Origin: a virus
Taxonomy: Duplodnaviria; Caudoviricetes
Strand: one strand, 5' to 3'
Virus record (IMG/VR): IMGVR_UViG_3300011335_000320
Location: 1 to 41,988 of that record
DNA length: 41,988 bases
The translations under genes were made by a program, and so were the position numbers. The notes under the pieces are model-generated. The model saw only the letters and a program-made list of their open reading frames with translations, made no database searches and was not told the DNA's origin. Shown here piece by piece: positions 36,463-41,988 of this stretch (position 1 is the first letter of the stretch; the number at the start of each line of letters is the position of its first letter).

Positions 36463-36749
36463 CACAAGATGAAATCATTGCGATGCTGAGAGCATCGTGC
36501 GATAAAGACAAAGTAGACCCTGAGCAAAATGGCTTTTGGGTAATCCATACTGAAGAATTGGAAGCTTTTGCCAAGTTAGTAGCACAGCGCACATGGGTGG
36601 GGCTGACAGACAATGAGATGCTTGAATGTTTAAAGTCCGTTGATGTTGCCACTGCGGTCAATTTGCTAATGAGCCAATATGAGATGCCTCCGACATTCAA
36701 AGTGTATGCCGAAGCCATTCAAGCTAAGCTTAAGGAGAAGAATACTTGA
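36459..36749 (+). CDS. Hypothetical protein
   Basis: ATGA overlap; RTWVGLTDNE...AIQAKLKEKNT motif. Confidence 0.65.
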   Translation: MTQDEIIAMLRASCDKDKVDPEQNGFWVIHTEELEAFAKLVAQRTWVGLTDNEMLECLKSVDVATAVNLLMSQYEMPPTFKVYAEAIQAKLKEKNT

Positions 36750-36979
36750 GCAAATCCAAAACACCTGAACCACTGTACCGACAGTTTACGCCCGAAGCAG
36801 ACCAAGGCAAGACAATGGTCAGCAAGTACTACAGAGTGAATCAAAACATGGATGGGTTGGGTGTAAGCCTGCATCCATATCTTGTTGAGTGCAACATACG
36901 AATTGACTTTGGCTTGGATGGTGGCATCTACAAAGTTGAGTGGAGCAATAAAGTTCTTGGCGAAAGAAAACCCAAATGA
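36746..36979 (+). CDS. Hypothetical protein
   Basis: Overlap-coupled ORF with a TTG start. Confidence 0.5.
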   Translation: MSKSKTPEPLYRQFTPEADQGKTMVSKYYRVNQNMDGLGVSLHPYLVECNIRIDFGLDGGIYKVEWSNKVLGERKPK

Positions 36980-37179
36980 AACAACGTGTTTACACGGTAG
37001 GCGTAGGTGATCAGGTCAGACTGGTCAGGGCATCTAACCGCAGACAAGCGATAGCGCATGTGTCATTAGGGATTATGACAATACGAGTTGCAACGCAAGA
37101 AGATATTATTAACCAACTGAACCAAGGAGTACCCATCGAGAACTACACAGCACCTGAGCAAATTGAATTAGAACTTTAA
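36976..37179 (+). CDS. Hypothetical protein
   Basis: ATGA overlap; RLVRASNRRQAIAHV. Confidence 0.65.
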   Translation: MKQRVYTVGVGDQVRLVRASNRRQAIAHVSLGIMTIRVATQEDIINQLNQGVPIENYTAPEQIELEL

Positions 37180-37198
37180 TTTAAACGAGGAGAGAGAA

Positions 37199-37696
37199 AT
37201 GCAAATGGATATAGATTTTCCTGAGGACATGTGGCTAAGTGTCGCAAAGGCCAAGCTTGAACAGGATCGTGAGAAGGGCACACACTGCCCATGTTGTGGT
37301 CAATACGCAAAGATCTACAACAGAAAACTTAATTCCGCAATGGCAAGATCACTAATTTTGGTGGATAAATATTTCAGCAGACCGGACGCAGAAGAATATT
37401 TACACGTCGAAAATTATTTGGCTCGATATACACGCGCCACAGACTTTTATAAACTCAGATTTTGGGGTTTAATTGAGTCTAAGGGTGAGCGCAGACAAGA
37501 CGGCTCACCTCATGCGGGATTTTGGAAGATGTTACCTAAAGGTCGTGAGTTCGTACGTAATAACGTACGTGTTCCTATGCGTGTAGCTATATACAACGAC
37601 GAGTTTATGGGTGAGTCTGCCGAAACCATCAACATCATTGAGTCGCTCGGTGAGCACTTTGATTACCATGAACTTATGAAGTCAGATCTTTTTTAA
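37199..37696 (+). CDS. Hypothetical protein (CPCCG motif, possible winged helix)
   Basis: GAGGAG Shine-Dalgarno; KLRFWGLIE...GFWKMLPKGREF. Confidence 0.65.
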   Translation: MQMDIDFPEDMWLSVAKAKLEQDREKGTHCPCCGQYAKIYNRKLNSAMARSLILVDKYFSRPDAEEYLHVENYLARYTRATDFYKLRFWGLIESKGERRQDGSPHAGFWKMLPKGREFVRNNVRVPMRVAIYNDEFMGESAETINIIESLGEHFDYHELMKSDLF

Positions 37697-37704
37697 GGAC
37701 TAAC

Positions 37705-37956
37705 ATGCCACGCAACTACCGACAAGAATACGACAACTACCAAGGCACTGAAGCCTCCAAGAAGGATCGAGCGCAGAGAAACAAAGCAAGGCGCATGATG
37801 GAGCGTGAAGGCGTAGTCAAAAAAGGCGACGGCAAAGACGTTGACCACAAAAAACCCTTAAGCAAAGGGGGCACAACTATCATGTCGAATCTCAAAGCCA
37901 AGCCCGCTGCGGTCAACCGTTCGTTTAAACGTAAACCAGACGGCAGCATGAAATGA
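37705..37956 (+). CDS. Small HNH-like endonuclease
   Basis: KDVDHKKPLSKGG...SNL...NRS. Confidence 0.7.
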   Translation: MPRNYRQEYDNYQGTEASKKDRAQRNKARRMMEREGVVKKGDGKDVDHKKPLSKGGTTIMSNLKAKPAAVNRSFKRKPDGSMK

Positions 37957-39635
37957 ACACAGCCTTTGTGGAGCAATTCCACTTCCACGAGTCAACGAGG
38001 GTAGCTTGCCCTTACTGCTCGACAGAACGAAAGAAGGCTAATTCAAAAGATATGACCCTAACCCGCAAAGAAGACGGGGCGGTCGTGTTTCATTGCCATC
38101 ATTGTCAGACAAGCGGCTCAGTACAACCACAACAGGAGAGAACATTGTTAGCAGTACCCAACCCCATTATCGTTTCGCATAAGCTTGAGCGTTTACACTA
38201 CGACTGGCTGGAGCAGCGAGGCATTTCACAACAGACCGCAGACCTCATGAAATTGTTTGCGGCTGAGAAGTATTTCAGTAAGCTAGGCAAGAACGCAGAT
38301 GCCATAGGCTTTCCTTATTACCGCAACGGTGCATTGATTGCGGCCAAGTACCGATCATTCCCTGACAAAGACTTTACCCAAGATGCCGGAGGTGCTCATG
38401 ATTTCTTTGGCATTGACAATGTCAAGAAAGGTGAGCCTCTGATCATTGTCGAGGGAGAGATAGACTGCTTGACCCTGCTCGAACTAGGCATTGAGAACGT
38501 CGTAAGTGTGCCTAGCGGTGCTCCAATCAAGGTCGCAGATGGTAAGGTACTGCCGTCCGAGGATAAGAAGTTTGCCTATGTATGGAATGCAAGAGAGATC
38601 ATTGAGGCCGCACCCTACGTAGTATTAGCCACCGATCAGGACAATGCGGGTCAAGCACTCGCAGAAGAACTAGCCCGAAGGATCGGCAAAGAGAAATGCA
38701 GGCTGGCCAAGTTCTCAAAGAAAGATTTAAACGAGGTACACCTTGACGACCCAGCACGGACTGGTGAGGTGTTTAAAGTCATAGACTCCGCCGCTGCGTA
38801 TCCAATTTCAGGAATCAGTGATGCAGGCACATACTTTGATCGTTTAAACGATCTATATACGAAGGGCACGGGCAAGGGATTCTCAACAGGTTACTCGTCC
38901 GTTGATAGCGTTTACACAGTAGCACCAGCACAGCTCACAGTTGTGACTGGTTACCCATCATCGGGGAAGTCTAATTTTGTAGATCAAATTATGGTGAATC
39001 TGGCACGTGCCCATGATTGGAAGTTCGCGGTCTGTTCATTTGAGAATCAGCCTGAGATCCATATCAGTAGGTTGATGGAGATTTACACTAAGCGCAGATT
39101 CTTTGAGGGTAAAGACAGAATGACGGAGCAGGAAAGGGACATCGCGTTTAAATTCGTTAAGGATCATTTCTTATTCATTGATACCAATGGCGAAGAGCCA
39201 AGTACTTTGGACTCAATCTTGGATCGGGCACGTGCGGCAGTCAAACGCATGGGAGTTCGTGGGTTAGTCATTGACCCGTATAACTATATAGAGTTACCAA
39301 GGGGTGATGGCACAGAGACTGCGGCCATCAGCGATATGCTGACGAGGGTTCAGAAGTTCTGCAAGGCACACGACGTTCATACTTGGTTCGTTGCTCACCC
39401 ATCTAAGGTGACCCGACACGGAATGGAGCAACCTCGCCCCGATGGTATGTCGATCGCGGGATCAATGGCGTGGTGGGCAAAGACGGACTGCGGGCTGACT
39501 GTCCACAGAAAAGAGCACCACGTGGAAATCGCAGTGTGGAAGTGCCGCTATCGTTGGGTCGGTACACAAGGGGAAACAACAATGCTTTACAACAAAACGG
39601 CAGGAACTTACTCGGAGAACTTAGATGCCTTCTAA
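37953..39635 (+). CDS. DNA primase-helicase (T7 gp4/Twinkle-like)
   Basis: Zn finger CPYC...CHHC; TOPRIM VEGEID and ATDQD; Walker A GYPSSGKS; Walker B VIDPYN; VAHP. Confidence 0.9.
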   Translation: MNTAFVEQFHFHESTRVACPYCSTERKKANSKDMTLTRKEDGAVVFHCHHCQTSGSVQPQQERTLLAVPNPIIVSHKLERLHYDWLEQRGISQQTADLMKLFAAEKYFSKLGKNADAIGFPYYRNGALIAAKYRSFPDKDFTQDAGGAHDFFGIDNVKKGEPLIIVEGEIDCLTLLELGIENVVSVPSGAPIKVADGKVLPSEDKKFAYVWNAREIIEAAPYVVLATDQDNAGQALAEELARRIGKEKCRLAKFSKKDLNEVHLDDPARTGEVFKVIDSAAAYPISGISDAGTYFDRLNDLYTKGTGKGFSTGYSSVDSVYTVAPAQLTVVTGYPSSGKSNFVDQIMVNLARAHDWKFAVCSFENQPEIHISRLMEIYTKRRFFEGKDRMTEQERDIAFKFVKDHFLFIDTNGEEPSTLDSILDRARAAVKRMGVRGLVIDPYNYIELPRGDGTETAAISDMLTRVQKFCKAHDVHTWFVAHPSKVTRHGMEQPRPDGMSIAGSMAWWAKTDCGLTVHRKEHHVEIAVWKCRYRWVGTQGETTMLYNKTAGTYSENLDAF

Positions 39636-39972
39636 TCGTTTAAACAAGGGTAGCTCATCTGGTGAGCTTGCAGGTGAGCTGGCCAGCAGTGAGCGTTTAA
39701 ACGAGTTACGGGAATATCTGGGGTCGATGTTCGAGGGCTTGCTTTTTTTGAGTGAGCCTGAGTTCGATCAAGCGATCGTTGGCTTGGCCGATCGAATCGG
39801 CATGAGCACAATGGTTGTCTATGACACGTCCAAGATCATTGACATACTTTGTGAGCGGGATGGTATGGATCGAGAGACGGCCACTGAATACTATGAATTC
39901 AATATCTTGGGGGCATACGTTGGGGAACAAACCCCGATGTTCATCACCTTGATTGATGATTTAATTCTGTAA
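39625..39972 (+). CDS. Conserved hypothetical phage protein (start uncertain)
   Basis: FDQAIVG...VVYD...EYYEFNILGAYVGEQTP motif. Confidence 0.65.
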   Translation: MPSNRLNKGSSSGELAGELASSERLNELREYLGSMFEGLLFLSEPEFDQAIVGLADRIGMSTMVVYDTSKIIDILCERDGMDRETATEYYEFNILGAYVGEQTPMFITLIDDLIL

Positions 39973-39997
39973 ATAAAAAGGGGGCTAAATGCCCCCT
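39971..39997 (-). terminator. Rho-independent terminator at the convergence point (possibly bidirectional)
   Basis: AGGGGGC-N5-GCCCCCT stem with a T-tract on the minus strand. Confidence 0.7.
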
Positions 39998-40041
39998 GTT
40001 TAAACGTCAACAGCAGCCAGCAGCGGCCGGCAGCAACAGCG

Positions 40042-40284
40042 TCATCTGTTTAAACGCGCATAAAAAGCTGCACGCATAATCGAATCGTAATGTCCACAGT
40101 AGCGGGGCACTCGGTCTTTTCCCATCTTATAAACTCGGAAACCCTTAGGCGCGGCATACGTAATGTAGGCCTCGCCAATGTCAATGAAGCGTTCATGATT
40201 CATAAGGTCGATGATGTTTCCGTGTTTGTAAGCGGCTTTGAGAAAATCGGGTGCGTGATGGGTGATGGCCTTGACCTTGAACAT
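40042..40284 (-). CDS. Hypothetical protein
   Basis: ATG overlaps the upstream TGA. Confidence 0.6.
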   Translation of the reverse strand: MFKVKAITHHAPDFLKAAYKHGNIIDLMNHERFIDIGEAYITYAAPKGFRVYKMGKDRVPRYCGHYDSIMRAAFYARLNR

Positions 40285-40523
40285 CAATGCACTTCGTTAG
40301 ATTTGGGACGCATCGCAAGTTCCATCTCATAGGTCACGGCCACCACTTCTAGCACGTCATCCCTAGGTAGATGATTTGTCACGGCCAAGGCGACTGCGGC
40401 CTTGATCAGTAGGCCGAGGGTTTCCTGACCATCAACGTCATTGCCCCCGATCCACTCGATCAAACCCGCATAGGCCTTGTAGATCCTTTCAAAGTCTTGG
40501 TCTTTTGGGTTTCTAATCCTCAT
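40284..40523 (-). CDS. Hypothetical protein
   Basis: Coupled ORF with GGAG Shine-Dalgarno. Confidence 0.6.
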   Translation of the reverse strand: MRIRNPKDQDFERIYKAYAGLIEWIGGNDVDGQETLGLLIKAAVALAVTNHLPRDDVLEVVAVTYEMELAMRPKSNEVH

Positions 40524-40758
40524 GGCTTTTCTCCATGTAGGCCACCAAGGCCATGGCCTCAGCGTTGCCGTGCATCTTCTGAATGATCTCGTACATCTGC
40601 GGGGCGATCGCTATCAGGCGGGCATTAGCCCGCTGAGTCATCATGGGTGTGCTCAGGCTTTTGCAATTGGCAACACGCGGGTAACCCCATTGATCTTGAT
40701 AACCCCAAACAGTAATGTTTGATGAGTGCCACGGGTGCGGTGTTATGTGTTTAAACAT
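40513..40758 (-). CDS. Hypothetical protein
   Basis: TPHPW...ANARLIAIAP motif common in small phage proteins. Confidence 0.65.
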   Translation of the reverse strand: MFKHITPHPWHSSNITVWGYQDQWGYPRVANCKSLSTPMMTQRANARLIAIAPQMYEIIQKMHGNAEAMALVAYMEKSHED

Positions 40759-40759
40759 A

Positions 40760-40852
40760 TCATGGCCTCCAATAGAACAGGTCGAGCATCAAAACAATGA
40801 TGCCGATCAGGAGCACGACACGCTCCAACTTTTGCCAAGGTGTGAAGTTCAT
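40760..40852 (-). CDS. 30-aa membrane peptide
   Basis: Hand-translated as MNFTPWQKLERVVLLIGIIVLMLDLFYWRP. Confidence 0.55.
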   Translation of the reverse strand: MNFTPWQKLERVVLLIGIIVLMLDLFYWRP

Positions 40853-41001
40853 TTTGCGTCCCTCAAAGCTTGCAGATAGCCTTCAACCCATATCATGCGA
40901 TCGTCATCTGATAGGTCGGACTCATCGCCATAGTCCCTCTCCCATTCATAGAATGCCGCATTGGCTTTCGCCCAATTGGTTTTAATGTCTTCGTTGCTCA
41001 T
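40849..41001 (-). CDS. 50-aa acidic hypothetical protein
   Basis: Hand-translated as MSNEDIKTNWAKANAAFYEWERDYGDESDLSDDDRMIWVEGYLQALRDAK; AGGAG Shine-Dalgarno. Confidence 0.55.
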   Translation of the reverse strand: MSNEDIKTNWAKANAAFYEWERDYGDESDLSDDDRMIWVEGYLQALRDAK

Positions 41002-41171
41002 TTTTGCTCTCCTGATTTGTTTAAACGTATTACGCGCAGTACATCTTTGCCAAACTGCACGTCAAGGTGTACGTGCTCGATCCATGAGCCGTCAGTGACG
41101 TATCGATCTGCTGACTCGACTAGGTTTTTGAGTGCGGTCGTAAGGTAGACCACCCTTTCGCGGTCAGTCAT
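40998..41171 (-). CDS. 57-aa hypothetical protein
   Basis: Hand-translated as MTDRERVVYLTTALKNLVESADRY...; GAGGT Shine-Dalgarno; overlaps both neighbours. Confidence 0.55.
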   Translation of the reverse strand: MTDRERVVYLTTALKNLVESADRYVTDGSWIEHVHLDVQFGKDVLRVIRLNKSGEQK

Positions 41172-41346
41172 TGGTCACCTCGCGCACTGAGTCAATAGAC
41201 CAGTCACCACCGATGCCCTGATCCACAGGGATGAACGCGCCTCCGTCCATGTCCTTAGCAAGGGCATAGGCTTCGTCTTCGCTATTGGCCTCTACGTACT
41301 CAAAAAAGTACGTTGTCAATGATGCAATCACTTTGTAGGTTTTCAT
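41164..41346 (-). CDS. Small hypothetical protein
   Basis: MKTYKV...VEANSEDEA motif. Confidence 0.6.
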   Translation of the reverse strand: MKTYKVIASLTTYFFEYVEANSEDEAYALAKDMDGGAFIPVDQGIGGDWSIDSVREVTND

Positions 41347-41576
41347 TTCCATTGCTCCACGTCAGTTATGGTTAATTCAGTTACAAGCATTCCCTGTATC
41401 TCGACTCTGTCGAGGGCTAAGGCTTCGGCCTCTTCCTTACTGGCGGCATCAAGGGAAATGTCCACGTAGCCTTCAACGGCCACTGACACGGTAAAAGTCT
41501 TGAGGCGCGGTCGCGCATTCTGCTTGCGCTCATTGGCAACCCAAAGCGCAGAATAATGATTGTCTAAGCCTTCCAT
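41343..41576 (-). CDS. Small hypothetical protein, similar to its neighbour
   Basis: KTFTVSV...LDAASKEEAEALA; AGGAG Shine-Dalgarno. Confidence 0.6.
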   Translation of the reverse strand: MEGLDNHYSALWVANERKQNARPRLKTFTVSVAVEGYVDISLDAASKEEAEALALDRVEIQGMLVTELTITDVEQWK

Positions 41577-41600
41577 GGTTTCTCTCCTGTGTTTAAACGC

Positions 41601-41849
41601 TTACTCTTGAGTGGGTTGGAATGTGGGGGTTGTATACCCGCCACTGTCCTTAGCGCGGAGGGTTTTAAGGGGCACTGAGTACTCATGCACCACGTCACCC
41701 GCCTTGTTGTAGACCAACAGTTGCACTGTTGCGTTTTCCATGGTCGAGTCAATGAATGCCTCAACGTAGCCGTTGTTTTTGCCGATGTTGATCACGGCAG
41801 AGTTGGTGAAGTTATCCAGTGTGTCCACTGTTAATTTAATGTTGCTCAT
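41601..41849 (-). CDS. Hypothetical protein
   Basis: AGGAG Shine-Dalgarno before ATG 41849 (MSNIKLTVD). Confidence 0.6.
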   Translation of the reverse strand: MSNIKLTVDTLDNFTNSAVINIGKNNGYVEAFIDSTMENATVQLLVYNKAGDVVHEYSVPLKTLRAKDSGGYTTPTFQPTQE

Positions 41850-41898
41850 GGTTTTCTCTCCTATGTTTAAACAACTATCATGCAAGGGGTAACCCCCC

Positions 41899-41988
41899 TC
41901 AGGCGGCAAGCTTAAGCTTGGTGAATGTGACGTGACCTAGATCCTCAAGAGAATCAATTTGCACGTTGTTGGGGTATACATGCGACAC
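41899..41988 (-). CDS. C-terminal fragment of a gene running off the window (possibly vWA/CobT-like)
   Basis: Open frame VSHVYPNNVQIDSLEDLGHVTFTKLKLAA*; the family guess rests on only 29 aa. Confidence 0.35.
   Translation of the reverse strand: MSHVYPNNVQIDSLEDLGHVTFTKLKLAA

Larger units (their letters stand above)
919..41872. repeat. Dispersed, highly iterated palindrome GTTTAAAC (at least 36 copies)
   Basis: Starts counted by eye: 919, 6681, 12156, 13647, 18761, 19115, 19600, 20414, 21226, 21547, 22762, 23926, 24509, 26095, 26635, 28555, 29115, 29174, 30136, 30782, 31555, 32354, 32903, 33572, 35582, 35624, 37923, 38842, 39638, 39695, 39998, 40048, 40749, 41019, 41591, 41865. Confidence 0.9.

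Noticed and set aside
21281-40905. CGATCG / HIP1-like sites
   Set aside because: Only a handful were seen, about what is expected for a 6-mer in 42 kb.
1-41988. Alternative genetic code, tRNAs, integrase, DGR or reverse transcriptase
   Set aside because: Genes tile the window under the standard code with all three stops in use, and I found no cloverleaf, recombinase or RT motif by eye.

Overview
This window is part of a tailed dsDNA phage genome with podovirus-like organisation. There is no tape-measure or sheath gene and no integrase, tRNA or canonical CRISPR array in the window. Bases 1-28,193 (+) form the late/structural module: adaptor and tail proteins, two receptor-binding proteins, holin and lysozyme, a nozzle-like protein, and several large putative ejection proteins ending in a 2,861-aa polyvalent protein. 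Bases 28,180-35,006 (-) form a leftward operon of recombination genes (PD-(D/E)XK exonuclease, Sak3-like annealase, SSB-like protein) and small accessory genes. Next come a RusA-like resolvase, a structured non-coding control region, a rightward replication operon with a T7 gp4/Twinkle-type primase-helicase, and a convergent block of small genes. The main discovery is at 29,666-31,453 (-). A stand-alone RAMP/Cas7-like gene is followed directly by a ~630-bp non-coding array of 13 units. Each unit has 7-10 pentamers of the form GGY-NN (constant triplet plus variable dinucleotide), and units are punctuated by a 4-nt GGCA-type phase break. A conserved accessory gene follows the array. This looks like a phage-encoded RNA-guided system with a non-contiguous guide code, and it matches my unverified recollection of the recently described VIPR-type architecture. 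A second signal is the palindrome GTTTAAAC: I counted at least 36 copies by eye against about 1 expected by chance. It is denser toward the right end and brackets the array on both sides. All protein family calls come from motif recognition by eye, not database searches.
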